DNA from: a virus
Lineage: Duplodnaviria > Caudoviricetes
Virus record (IMG/VR): IMGVR_UViG_3300012952_003943
Span: 1 to 64,000 of that record
Direction: 5' to 3' (one strand)
Length of the DNA: 64,000 nt
Under the pieces are notes generated by a model. The model was not told the origin of the DNA. It did not search any database and worked only from the letters and a program-made list of their open reading frames with translations. Shown here piece after piece: positions 29,519 to 39,995 of the stretch (within the stretch, counting starts at the first letter, position 1; the number at the start of each line of letters is the position of its first letter). The position numbers and the translations under genes are program-made.

Positions 29519-32500
29519 CTATATAGTAATCGTAAAGTCAGCATTGACGTCAGGGTTGTCTTCCCTGTCCCTTACGTCTCCATCAAAATATGGTACTGAT
29601 GACGTTGCGTGTGAGCTTAGGTTTTGAGATCTTGTGTTGATGGGTGAAGTAGTATCACCTGTCTCTGAATCTATGAATAGCACTGAAACTGCTGGTACAG
29701 TTACAAATGATCTGTCATTTTCTGACTCACCACCCTCATTAAAGAACCGCGTGTTCTTTCTTTGCTCTAGCATATCCCTAAACTGCCCGTACGTTTCTCT
29801 TCTGTACACCGCAGACGCATTCACTGGAAGCGCGCTTTTTAGGCCATATTTCCAACCCCTGATCTTTGGTGTTGATCTTCTAGTGCCAATATTTGTGGGG
29901 ACTAAATCAACAGAGCCACTCATACCATTCCCAGAGCCAAACCAGAATTTAAGGATAGCGTCTCTTGCAGCAGGAAGCTCAGTCTCACCAGCAGGGCTAG
30001 AAATAATAATATCGTTTCCGCCACCGGGAAGTGCCAAAAAAACGCTTTTAGGAATTGCTTTTCCTATAACACTATTAGATGAATTGACAATATTGATTTC
30101 ATCATCAAACCCATCTAAAAGAGATAACCGGTCGACATCAGCATATACACCCTCAAACGGAAATGCACCCATCCAACGAGCGTTAATCGCGTCAGATCCA
30201 AAAGTAATAGAGAAGCTATTGTCTGCTAACCCATATGGTGCAACAGGAATTGCATCGTCTGCGCCGCCTGATCCTGCTCCCCCGTTTAAAGATTCTGCCA
30301 AGCCCGGGTTTGTTATGGCATGGTATATAGAAGGATCACCAACCAGGCTATCATAGTACCGTTCACCAGAGTCAGGGTGCCTGACAAATCTCCTAAATGT
30401 TCCGGAGTCTTGTAGGGTCATTGATCGATTGAGATTCTGCCAGGGTGTCCCAATTGCTGCAGCATTGGGTGTACCGTTTGCTGTCGCAGAAATTCCCCTT
30501 GCTTTGGGCGTAGGCCATGGGGCTGGTGTCGAAGCACCACCAATTGATTCTTCATCCAGCATACTGCCGGTAACATGCTCCTCGAACATGCTGCCAGCAA
30601 AGCTCTCAATATATTCAACATCAAACTGATCAACAACAGGGTTGTCTCCAATTACTTGATGAATTTGGTTTGACACCAGTGATTGTTCTGACGATGGTAG
30701 GAGTTCCTTGTCCTGCTTGATAAACGAGCCAAACAGAATCAGTTTTCCCGCACCAGGCTCAAGGGTCATATTTGGCCCTGAGCCTCGTCGTCCATGGAAA
30801 TTGTACCCATATGGATCCTTTGTTGATGGACCACAGTCGGTCACTCGGCCTAGCTTTCCTGGCATGGTTGTCTGCCACCCAAAAACCAGTTGATCTTCTG
30901 GCATTATGATATAAGGGCTTGTATCATCAAATTCAAATGTATTGACATTTCGTGGCCTTACCGACATCCGAAGGTAGTTTTGTTCGCTGGTGTAATCAAG
31001 ATCTGGAGCGACCCCCCGGGGTTGCATACCGTCTACACCTTTCACTAATGCGCGTGGGTCAGTTGAACGTATACCCCTTCCGGATCTTCCGCCTCTCCAA
31101 GATGTGCGGAAGTTAAACTCATCATTCCCATCATGACCGGTCTGGAATGAAAATGATCCTGACATTGTTACCGGACGCTTTGAGACTCCTCTCATGATGT
31201 AACTTCCAGTGGGTGAAGGCTGAACCTTATGGGTACCACCCCTACTGATGTTCAACGTTCCACCATTTTGTACTTCAAACTCAGCCAGGCCATCACCTGA
31301 GTCGATCCTGATTCGATCACCTGGCTTATAGCCATACCCACGTACGGCCCCATCTACAAGAATTGTGGTGACCGCACCGCCGGCTCCGATGGCTGTCACA
31401 TATACCTTTGCACCTACCCCGGTGCTGCTACCTTGAGCAGTCGTACCCAGCAGGGCTGCGGGATCGGCTGTATATCCAGAACCCCCAGCGGTCTTGATTA
31501 GATCGCCTGGATAGCCGGTGAGAGGGCCGTATAGAGTGGGTGGTTCAAAATCAGCTGTCGGCTGAAATGATGTTGCATTAAAGTCACCGAAATTTTGTGT
31601 GGCAGCCTCAAAAGGAGTAAAATAACCATAATCTAGCGTGTTGACTTCTCTTGCTAGCCCTTCGTCGAGCACTCCACTCATATCATTAATCATAATAGCA
31701 TAAGGTATGCCTGAAGGGCTCTGTGATCCTGAGGGTGCTGGTGCATAGGTTGTCCACTGCCCGTAGGTCACCAGATCACGTGTCGTATCAACAACAGCTG
31801 TAGTTGCATTGCTGCCACTAGTAAGCTGAGTTTTTCTTGGTACAGACCCAGTGATCTCAAATATGCCTAGAGCACCATTATCATCAACATTTGCTGAGAG
31901 TGAGTTATATGAATAAGGGAACGATGCCTTTGATTGCCTAAGCATAAAAAATGAATTGATCGCTGCCCTGTGACACTGGTCAACATATGTCGGCATCCAC
32001 ATCGGGTCGCCTCCTGACAATCCAGATCTCCCCATACAATCTGTCCACCCCGAATTTTCTCCGTTGTCGATCTGTGCGTTTGACTGGCTCGTTATCTGGT
32101 TCCAGCCGTTTGAATCAGCCAGGCTCGGTACTGAGCCTGATCTGTATGAATCGTAAAATGATAGATTTGTCAAAAAATCATATGATGAACCCGGGCTCCA
32201 TGATCCAGAATATGCATATACATATTTTTCTAGAACAAACGGAGCCGTGATGTACCTAGACATATCAAGGGCTTGAGAGCCCGTAGCATGGAACTTGGGG
32301 TGAAATGGAAATCCGAATTCTGAGATGGGCCGGCATTGTGAGTTTGTTCCTGATGCAATAAGCTCAACCCCTCTAGAAAAGCCTATACATGCAGTGTCTA
32401 GAAATGACTTGACCTGCCCCTCTGAGTATACACGTTGGGTTTGGCCAGGACCAATAGTCTCCCACATCCTTCTGTCAAAATTGTAATACACCATCAAGTT

Positions 32501-35335
32501 ATTAGGACCACCATTTCGGCGGCCTCCGGTGGTCCCAGGTTCATCTACTAAATAACCGAAATGTGTACGATCGGCCGGCTCAAGGTCAATCACGATCATC
32601 GCCTTATCCCTAAGGGGCGATGAGAAAAACTCTTTTATCTCTCCTGAAATTCCCTCTTCATAAAATTCAAGTTCCGGAAGTGCAACTAGAGAATCATCAT
32701 ATGCAGTAAACAGTCGGACTCTCTCATCTGATGATATGTCAAGGGTGGGGTTCCCGTCAGAGACACCCCTGCGAATCGGTGCCTGCGCCACAATAGGTTT
32801 AGGCCCGAGAACACTGGGCGTAGCTATGTTCGTCAAGCCTAATGGGGGCCCTGACAATAGTATCGATGATGTTGTGTGAAGGCGTGTTCCTTGGGCTATC
32901 CGCGTAAGATATTTTGTATCATATGGAAGTACAACGGGATAAATTGCCGACTGGGGTTGTCCTCCCTCAAAAGACTCAGCAACTACAACATTCTTAAAGT
33001 CCCTAGCACCCACCTCAATAGGTGTATTACCACCTCGGCCGGGACACATTTGGTTTAATCTAACAACATTATTTTCGACAATAGCGCGGATTCTTAATGT
33101 CGGGGTATGCTGATTTACTGTCTCCGCAAATTTTGCTGCGGCTTGCATACCTAGAACCTTGCGTAGGATCTGCCTGTTTGACTTCGGTGTGGTTGATTTA
33201 TCAATTTTAGCCCTGTACTGCTCCTGCTGTTGCCATCTCGTTCTCTGCTCTTTTGAAAGATTCGTTAGATCGACGACTGTTGAGTCTGCCTCGGATATTA
33301 TGCCTCTTTGAAACTCGAACTTTCTAGATCCTGCTGTGCGATACATGCGCAGATCCTTGAGGCCCCAGTTATCTCCAGTGGTGGAGGTCGCGTATAGCTG
33401 AGCAATGCGTACGTAATAAGGAGATCCGGGATAAGAAATATTAACTTTGATGCGGTGCAGTCCTGATGTTGCTCCGCCTGGAATCGAGGTAGTGTTCCTG
33501 TTATCAGCTAAAGTACCTCCCCCCTGACTTTCAGCAACAGGAATGAGCTCCAATGTCTGTACAGGTTCATTTCCTACAGCAATCCCATGGACCGTATACC
33601 ACGTAGTGCCGTTTGTTGAATATTGTACAACAAGACCCTCGAACCCGGCGGCAAGGACACCCGAGGAATCCGGAGGTTCCATGCGAAGCCGCCCCCACGC
33701 GTCGTAGGCGGGGTACGTCAAGTAGTCCCACCCTCCCCGAGCAACTAAAAAGCTCAGTAGGGTATCACCATTTGTACCTTCGCTAGGAGAAATTAGCTGA
33801 TTTGAAAATAATGATCTGCTTCCACCAACTGTGGCACCGGTTGCCGGATCAACAGAGGTTGCCACCTGAGGGCCGGCAAACACAAGAAGCTGACCTATGA
33901 GAATTGACTCCCCGGCGATGGGGGCCAATTGACTTCTTAGCACAGGCGTTGGTGAGGCGCCGGCGGGGGCAACGTCGGGGAATGTTCTCCAGTCTGGAAA
34001 TGCGGCGCGGAAAGCTGAGGAACCATTTGTGTCTCCTCCTCCCGTACCGTCAGGTAATGAAGTGGTTGCCTTAGCGCCGGCCCCATGGCCCGTTTTTCCT
34101 GTCAAGAATTCCGTAAGTGGAGGCCCAGGCCAAGAACCATGTAAAGTAATAGTTCTAGCGTCTAGAGGCATGCCAGTAAATTCAATCTCTGCAGTTGCAT
34201 ATGGCGACATAAAATCGATTGTAGACGAGTCGACATAGGGCTCAAGTATCGCATCATTGCTCATATGCCTGAACTGGGGTTCGCGAGGCATGCCCCCTAG
34301 CGTCTTTGTCCTCGGATATGTGTTTGCAATTTGATCTTCTTCAAGCAGCCTCACACGAGCCGGATTGCTTAGGTATCCTGAGCCAGGCTCCATCATCGAT
34401 AATTTTGTTGCGTTGTAGACCGCTGCGACTTCACCGGCCGACAATGCTCTGTCCCACAAAGCAAGCTCTGCAACGTCTCCAGATGCGTGCCAACCCTGGT
34501 GGACGGTTCCGTGACCAACCGATAAGGGTTCATCATGCTTTGGCAACATTCCGTTGTAGGTTCCAGCGCCGGTGTGCGTTGTCTGGTTGATAGCTCGTTC
34601 ACCATTAATATAGATCGTCAGCAAGTCTTGCTTGTCATTTCCGGTGATGTTCGGATCTGCATTATATGTGCAGACTATGTGTGTCCAACTGCCTACGGCT
34701 AGCGCTGGTGGTCCTACTGTGCTGGTCCGGGCGTAGATGCGCTTGTTGGTCGCGACACCAGATGAATCGAGCAGGTGGAATGCGACTAAGCCACCCTGGG
34801 CCCGGATCATATATGCTTCCCTACTAGAGACAGATCCATCACCACCCTTTTTGCCTACAATTTGCCTGTATGAAGAAATGCCTGACGGAAGAAATGATGG
34901 GCGGAACCACAAAGATATCGAGAACGGCTTATCGCTTGAATTGCTAGAAGTTGTCGCCCCGTTTGCTAGCGTCGTAAAATCAAATGTCCCTGCTGGGTTT
35001 GTAGGCAAGTATTCAACATAGCGAACGCCGCTGGTTAAATCGCCGTTGTTATTAATATTAAATGTTGGGTATGTTCGCTCGCCTATTGCTATTGCTTCCG
35101 GAAGGTAATTAGTGACCGGGGCTGTCGCCATATGATCATCTTTGTATGTTGCAGTTACTGATCCGCCCACCCTGGGGTTTAAGCACTCAGGTGATGGGTT
35201 AACTGCACCCTCAAGATAATACGCGTTGAGCCGTGACCAGTATAGCAGGTTATCCTGTGCTGCGTATATATTGTTCTGGGCATCTCTAAACCTAACATTC
35301 AAGTCGTAGTTCTTATTTGCAATACTTTTCGGCAT
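29519..35335 (-). CDS. Giant mosaic baseplate/fibre protein (LamG domain, Asp-box beta-sandwich, GSGY module)
   Basis: 1938 aa; LamG FSISLWFRP...WTHIVCTYN...VAELALWDRALS; QYSTNGTTW Asp-box; GGSGY...GYGYKPGDRIRI module. Confidence 0.65.
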   Translation of the reverse strand: MPKSIANKNYDLNVRFRDAQNNIYAAQDNLLYWSRLNAYYLEGAVNPSPECLNPRVGGSVTATYKDDHMATAPVTNYLPEAIAIGERTYPTFNINNNGDLTSGVRYVEYLPTNPAGTFDFTTLANGATTSSNSSDKPFSISLWFRPSFLPSGISSYRQIVGKKGGDGSVSSREAYMIRAQGGLVAFHLLDSSGVATNKRIYARTSTVGPPALAVGSWTHIVCTYNADPNITGNDKQDLLTIYINGERAINQTTHTGAGTYNGMLPKHDEPLSVGHGTVHQGWHASGDVAELALWDRALSAGEVAAVYNATKLSMMEPGSGYLSNPARVRLLEEDQIANTYPRTKTLGGMPREPQFRHMSNDAILEPYVDSSTIDFMSPYATAEIEFTGMPLDARTITLHGSWPGPPLTEFLTGKTGHGAGAKATTSLPDGTGGGDTNGSSAFRAAFPDWRTFPDVAPAGASPTPVLRSQLAPIAGESILIGQLLVFAGPQVATSVDPATGATVGGSRSLFSNQLISPSEGTNGDTLLSFLVARGGWDYLTYPAYDAWGRLRMEPPDSSGVLAAGFEGLVVQYSTNGTTWYTVHGIAVGNEPVQTLELIPVAESQGGGTLADNRNTTSIPGGATSGLHRIKVNISYPGSPYYVRIAQLYATSTTGDNWGLKDLRMYRTAGSRKFEFQRGIISEADSTVVDLTNLSKEQRTRWQQQEQYRAKIDKSTTPKSNRQILRKVLGMQAAAKFAETVNQHTPTLRIRAIVENNVVRLNQMCPGRGGNTPIEVGARDFKNVVVAESFEGGQPQSAIYPVVLPYDTKYLTRIAQGTRLHTTSSILLSGPPLGLTNIATPSVLGPKPIVAQAPIRRGVSDGNPTLDISSDERVRLFTAYDDSLVALPELEFYEEGISGEIKEFFSSPLRDKAMIVIDLEPADRTHFGYLVDEPGTTGGRRNGGPNNLMVYYNFDRRMWETIGPGQTQRVYSEGQVKSFLDTACIGFSRGVELIASGTNSQCRPISEFGFPFHPKFHATGSQALDMSRYITAPFVLEKYVYAYSGSWSPGSSYDFLTNLSFYDSYRSGSVPSLADSNGWNQITSQSNAQIDNGENSGWTDCMGRSGLSGGDPMWMPTYVDQCHRAAINSFFMLRQSKASFPYSYNSLSANVDDNGALGIFEITGSVPRKTQLTSGSNATTAVVDTTRDLVTYGQWTTYAPAPSGSQSPSGIPYAIMINDMSGVLDEGLAREVNTLDYGYFTPFEAATQNFGDFNATSFQPTADFEPPTLYGPLTGYPGDLIKTAGGSGYTADPAALLGTTAQGSSTGVGAKVYVTAIGAGGAVTTILVDGAVRGYGYKPGDRIRIDSGDGLAEFEVQNGGTLNISRGGTHKVQPSPTGSYIMRGVSKRPVTMSGSFSFQTGHDGNDEFNFRTSWRGGRSGRGIRSTDPRALVKGVDGMQPRGVAPDLDYTSEQNYLRMSVRPRNVNTFEFDDTSPYIIMPEDQLVFGWQTTMPGKLGRVTDCGPSTKDPYGYNFHGRRGSGPNMTLEPGAGKLILFGSFIKQDKELLPSSEQSLVSNQIHQVIGDNPVVDQFDVEYIESFAGSMFEEHVTGSMLDEESIGGASTPAPWPTPKARGISATANGTPNAAAIGTPWQNLNRSMTLQDSGTFRRFVRHPDSGERYYDSLVGDPSIYHAITNPGLAESLNGGAGSGGADDAIPVAPYGLADNSFSITFGSDAINARWMGAFPFEGVYADVDRLSLLDGFDDEINIVNSSNSVIGKAIPKSVFLALPGGGNDIIISSPAGETELPAARDAILKFWFGSGNGMSGSVDLVPTNIGTRRSTPKIRGWKYGLKSALPVNASAVYRRETYGQFRDMLEQRKNTRFFNEGGESENDRSFVTVPAVSVLFIDSETGDTTSPINTRSQNLSSHATSSVPYFDGDVRDREDNPDVNADFTITI

Positions 35336-36309
35336 TATTTTTTCAAGCCCCCATATGCTATAGAGTCAGTGCCCTGCAGGGATCCGATGTATTGAAACCC
35401 AGCAGTCGAAGACTTATAGTCCCTATCATTCATGCCGTCTATTGATCCAGACATGTGGCCAAAAGCTAATTCAAAAAGGTTTTTTTCATGGGATACGGAG
35501 TTTCGAACATCTGCGAGATCTTCATACGCCTCGACATAATCAGATGAATCTACCCATGGGAGCAACGTTTCATGATCATCATGCAAGTGCCCCTCGATAT
35601 ATACGGAACCTGACATAGTCTGTCCCATAAACTCATATCCACCATCCTCATATGGCTCAAATGAAGTGTGCCTTAAGTTGATCTGTTGTACTATTGGGCA
35701 AGACCACCCACGGGAATCTTCGGCACCTCCCATAAAAAACCCACTCACCCTGTGTGCTTCAAAAGGCCAGTCAATTGAGTTTCTACTAGCCCTAGATCTT
35801 ATTGTTAACGGCTCTATTACCCCGTCCATCTGATCCGGATCTTTCATTGAGACGTTAAATAGGATGTAAGGGTAAATCATACTACACCCGCCATCCTCTA
35901 AAAAAGCAACAGGGTTAAACCCAGGCATATCCTCAAACGGCTCATCATCTTTAAATAGTTTTGGTTGCCCGTAATCTCTTCTGTCAACTTCATGATTCGG
36001 GGCAAAGGTAATCATCCCCTCCGTCGGGGTGATAGGAGCGTCGACTGTAGAGACAGATCCGGAAGTTGCGGTCGTCGCCGGTGCAAACTGGATTGAGTCA
36101 TCGTATATCTTGCCTGCACGATTCCATGGCCGACCACCAACAAGCATAATAGGGGAAGAACCGGCTGCTAGCTTTGGTGACATACCAGCAAAACGTTGCT
36201 CCATGGAAAGAACACTAACACCCTGCCGAAACGGCATAACAGATCCGGATAATGTTGCCGTTGATCCCCTTGTCAATGATCCGCTAAGTACTCTTTGTGT
36301 TGTTGGCAT
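35335..36309 (-). CDS. Putative baseplate-associated structural protein
   Basis: 324 aa; coupled by TAATG overlaps on both sides within the baseplate operon. Confidence 0.55.
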   Translation of the reverse strand: MPTTQRVLSGSLTRGSTATLSGSVMPFRQGVSVLSMEQRFAGMSPKLAAGSSPIMLVGGRPWNRAGKIYDDSIQFAPATTATSGSVSTVDAPITPTEGMITFAPNHEVDRRDYGQPKLFKDDEPFEDMPGFNPVAFLEDGGCSMIYPYILFNVSMKDPDQMDGVIEPLTIRSRASRNSIDWPFEAHRVSGFFMGGAEDSRGWSCPIVQQINLRHTSFEPYEDGGYEFMGQTMSGSVYIEGHLHDDHETLLPWVDSSDYVEAYEDLADVRNSVSHEKNLFELAFGHMSGSIDGMNDRDYKSSTAGFQYIGSLQGTDSIAYGGLKK

Positions 36310-39300
36310 TAGAACCTCTTCATCGTACCGACTAGCTGTCGAAGTAGTATCGTACCCTTAAGACCATGACGATTGTTTTCGCCTATGTACATATCAGAAT
36401 ATCCGTAGTTGAATTTTGCACGCTCTAACATATGGGACTCGACAATAAAGTTAACGCCTAAGAATTTTGTCCTTCTGGGCACTAATCGATCAATTAGAAT
36501 CCCCAAAGATGAATCAAACCACTTGAAAAACTCAAAGAATGACCTAAGGTTAATTTTTTCATCTAAGCGGTTAAAGTAAACCTCTCTTAGAACCGCTAGC
36601 TCTGGATACTCAGTAGAGAATAACAGTTCAGGATTGCCTAGTGCGTTATCCAGCGCGTCGAATGTAGAGAATATGTTGACAATATCTTCATTAAGCGCCT
36701 GGACTGAAGATACTTCAATTGCGAACCTAGTATCGTCTACAGGCTGTTCGCTTCGCCTAATCTCATAGACCGGTGCAACCTCGCCTCCATATTTTGACAC
36801 GTTGTCCCAGTTTTGCCAAGAGCGCACCCGGACTTTATTGTCTTGTGAGAATTCATCAAACTTAGGATCGAGCATACTATAGTCAAACCTTTCCGGCTTG
36901 ATAATCCTTTTTGATATCTCAAACGAGCTTCCGCTTATGTGCATGTTATTTTGTGAATAGTCGAACACATCAATTTTTCCCTGCTCATTTGAACTAGTGG
37001 TATATTGATCTACTGATGCGTCGATCCGAACTTTCTGGAATGAACCGCTTCTAGTCTTTACAAAGTTAAAGTTTTTGGAAGGATCCTGCACGCCTAATGA
37101 CTTAAAGTTTCTTGCATGCTCCCTTGTCTCTTCTTGTGCTAGCGCTTTAGACCAAAACCTGATCCTGCCTACACGCCCAGTAAACATAGTGTACCTACAC
37201 AGGTCAGGACGATCAGAAGCATATGAATTTAGGAAGTGTGTTGAATAGTCTGAACCATTCATTCGGATGCTCTGTGATCCGATCAGGAAAAACGATCCAG
37301 AAACGTTATACCATGGTTGTCCCGGCCTGCTGTCATAATCTTGCCATATTCCACCTGGCCGACGAACATTTAGGTGTGAGCTACCCCATGGCTCTGTACC
37401 AAAAAGAGGGTCTTCCTCAAACAAAACGCTGGAAGACTTGTATTCAGCCAAGTCTCCAAATGACTGGCGGCCGGCCCTTAAGAAGTATGACGATGAGACG
37501 ATTGAATTAAACTGATCATTTCTTTCTCGGCCAAACGTAATATGCCACTTATTTCCGTCAAATATATTAACACCAGGCAAGTTAAATTCTAACGTAGGAC
37601 TATGCTGGCTCGTTCCAGCCCTAACATATGCTTTTAGAGAAGCAGTTGTCGAGTGTGATGACGATTGAAACGCTAGTACATTTACTAGTAACCCTGGTGC
37701 AGGCCCAAAATCACCTACAGTTGAGGATCCTGTAGTATACATTCTCATCAAGCTCTGTGTTAAGGGGTGTGATACCTTACTTCTCCACACACCACCGAAC
37801 CCCGTCCGGACGTCTATAGGTTCGTATTTGTATATTGCCTCATATGTCCAAGAGCCTGATGTCAAGAGACCGTCTTTGTCCCTAGTCGTTCCTATGACTG
37901 TACCTTCTGGGTTTCTTACAAATGCACTTCCATGTGATATTGTTGGATATCCAGGCTCAACACGTGTGCCTGACAGGAAAGGAGAAACTAAGTGGGGCTT
38001 TCGATCACTAAGGCCTTGGGGAGATATTGTTTCAATTTCCGTATATTGCTTAAGGCTACCTGACATGTCTAACAGGGAAGACACAGTCGTAGATTTTTTA
38101 CGAACTTCAGTCAAGTCTCTTTTTGGTGCACCGCCGAACTCTCTAAACCTGAATATTTTATCAGGACTGATTCCTGACGATCTCATAAGTGCCTTGATGC
38201 TGTGAATGGTTCCCTTTGACTGAATTATTTCATTTAAGTTAACAAGAATTCTCCGCCAAATTTGATTTTGTACAGTCTGCAATCCATTTGAAGACAAGCC
38301 TGGCTCTGCGCCCAGGTTTTCTCCATCAACTAGCTGAGAGAGTGAAGAGTTTGAAAACATGTTTGGGAGAGTAAATCCGTAATACTCTCCTAAAAAGGGA
38401 AGAAATTGATCTGCAACGGTGCCATCATCATCATAATCAACATGAAGCAAGTTTGAAAAATGATCTAAAAAGATCTTCATTTCATCAAAATACTGCGCCC
38501 ATGTAAAAAGAAGTGCAGCGACAATTTGAGGTGATCCCATCTTTCCGCCGCCTGGAATTCCGCTATTTTCATCATATGAATATGGATCTGCAATGTCTCC
38601 ATCTTCATTTTCAAATCCCTCAAATGAAGCTTGCTCTAGAAGGTAGTGCTTGGGAACTAGCTTTGTTATTAGGTTCGGGTTATTCGCGTCATAAAAACTA
38701 GCGGAAAGCAAAAGAGACGTGTTTAGTTGTATTACGTCAGGCGAGTCAGGAAATAGCACTGGGTTGCTATATACTCTTTCCAAAATCATAGGAGATTGTA
38801 TCGATGAAGATGAAAAGCCTGTTGTTAGCCTACATGCCTCAGTATAGTTTTTGATCCTAGAGTGAAGGGATTTGCCAGAGCTGTCTAAGACAACGTTGTT
38901 ATTGGTATAACTGCCAGAAGCCTCGTTAAACTTAAAGTACAATACCAGCTTATCATCTTCGGTAGGAAAAATATTTTTGTACCTGTATGTTCGCTGTTGC
39001 GCTATATCTCTCGTTGAATGAAACATTCTGAGCTCGTCAATAGAGCCAGAGAAAGTCTGCCGTGGCACATATGCATTATCTGTTGAGCCGGTAATGTGAA
39101 GACTTCCAGATCCGATTGTCAGTGGTGATAAAGCAAAACCCCAGTCACCGAAGCTTGAGCGATCAGAGATAGACTTAAGCCTCTCATTAACGTAAATTTC
39201 TAAACGACTTTTTCCAGGTGATCTATTATATGTTGCACAAACATGGTGCCATCGATCTTTTTGAAGATCTGCGCTGCATGAAAGAACTGCTGAGCCAGAC

Positions 39301-39995
39301 GTTGCAATAAAGAATAGGGGTGATGATCCCTCGTGCGACTTTGATCCTGATAGGCCTAATGTAAAGCCATGGGTTGATCCGCTTATTTTTTGTAAGATTA
39401 CCTGGTTAGTGGAATCAATGCTTTGCGAAGGTATGAACAGCTCCATTTCACATGCAAAGGATCCTTTCTTTGGATCTATTACAGAGCGTCCGGTTTGATC
39501 TCTTGATAGGTCAGGAAACAGGCTTCCGGCAAAATCTGCAACTCTAATGCTTGTTCCCAAGTCGGCGTCGTGTCCGTTTGCAGGATTTTCATCAACAGAA
39601 GTACCAGAAAAGACAAGGTAACCTAAGTGCTTTGGGAATTGATCATACACATGTTTTTCAAAACCAGTTAGGCTATCAAGAAATTGCTGCAACTCAAAAG
39701 ATGAGCCGTCAAAAGGAAAGTGGTTAATAATTCTCTCAAATGCAACATTGACATTTGCTTCTGCAGAGTTAAAGAATGTGTGGTTAGAAAAGTCAGACCA
39801 GTCTAAAGGTATTTGTTGCGTGGACTTAAGCCCTGTTCCAGGCGCGTCATAATTAAACGATGAGGTTGAAATATTTGTGCCTGATAGCATACTAGCATTT
39901 TTGTTAGACACAAATCCTGCATCGTTACGCACGTGCCTAACAACGTCTGCCGCGAAGATTCCTGTCTTGTTAAATGCTACTTTTCCTTTCGACAT
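36309..39995 (-). CDS. Baseplate wedge protein (P2 gpI / T4 gp7-like core) with two LamG domains
   Basis: FLPFLGEYYGF...RRILVNLNEIIQSKGTIHSIKALM resembles Tail_P2_I; LamG patterns DRWHHVCATYN...FSGSIDELRMF and GNKWHITF...GRVGRIRFWSKAL. Confidence 0.7.
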   Translation of the reverse strand: MSKGKVAFNKTGIFAADVVRHVRNDAGFVSNKNASMLSGTNISTSSFNYDAPGTGLKSTQQIPLDWSDFSNHTFFNSAEANVNVAFERIINHFPFDGSSFELQQFLDSLTGFEKHVYDQFPKHLGYLVFSGTSVDENPANGHDADLGTSIRVADFAGSLFPDLSRDQTGRSVIDPKKGSFACEMELFIPSQSIDSTNQVILQKISGSTHGFTLGLSGSKSHEGSSPLFFIATSGSAVLSCSADLQKDRWHHVCATYNRSPGKSRLEIYVNERLKSISDRSSFGDWGFALSPLTIGSGSLHITGSTDNAYVPRQTFSGSIDELRMFHSTRDIAQQRTYRYKNIFPTEDDKLVLYFKFNEASGSYTNNNVVLDSSGKSLHSRIKNYTEACRLTTGFSSSSIQSPMILERVYSNPVLFPDSPDVIQLNTSLLLSASFYDANNPNLITKLVPKHYLLEQASFEGFENEDGDIADPYSYDENSGIPGGGKMGSPQIVAALLFTWAQYFDEMKIFLDHFSNLLHVDYDDDGTVADQFLPFLGEYYGFTLPNMFSNSSLSQLVDGENLGAEPGLSSNGLQTVQNQIWRRILVNLNEIIQSKGTIHSIKALMRSSGISPDKIFRFREFGGAPKRDLTEVRKKSTTVSSLLDMSGSLKQYTEIETISPQGLSDRKPHLVSPFLSGTRVEPGYPTISHGSAFVRNPEGTVIGTTRDKDGLLTSGSWTYEAIYKYEPIDVRTGFGGVWRSKVSHPLTQSLMRMYTTGSSTVGDFGPAPGLLVNVLAFQSSSHSTTASLKAYVRAGTSQHSPTLEFNLPGVNIFDGNKWHITFGRERNDQFNSIVSSSYFLRAGRQSFGDLAEYKSSSVLFEEDPLFGTEPWGSSHLNVRRPGGIWQDYDSRPGQPWYNVSGSFFLIGSQSIRMNGSDYSTHFLNSYASDRPDLCRYTMFTGRVGRIRFWSKALAQEETREHARNFKSLGVQDPSKNFNFVKTRSGSFQKVRIDASVDQYTTSSNEQGKIDVFDYSQNNMHISGSSFEISKRIIKPERFDYSMLDPKFDEFSQDNKVRVRSWQNWDNVSKYGGEVAPVYEIRRSEQPVDDTRFAIEVSSVQALNEDIVNIFSTFDALDNALGNPELLFSTEYPELAVLREVYFNRLDEKINLRSFFEFFKWFDSSLGILIDRLVPRRTKFLGVNFIVESHMLERAKFNYGYSDMYIGENNRHGLKGTILLRQLVGTMKRF

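Noticed and set aside
17721-30356. Long plus-strand ORFs (17721..18272, 28295..28798, 29634..30356; also 7377..7853 and many shorter ones)
   Set aside because: They lie fully antisense to long minus-strand genes, have low-complexity S/I/L/P-rich translations with no motifs, and are typical codon-bias shadows.
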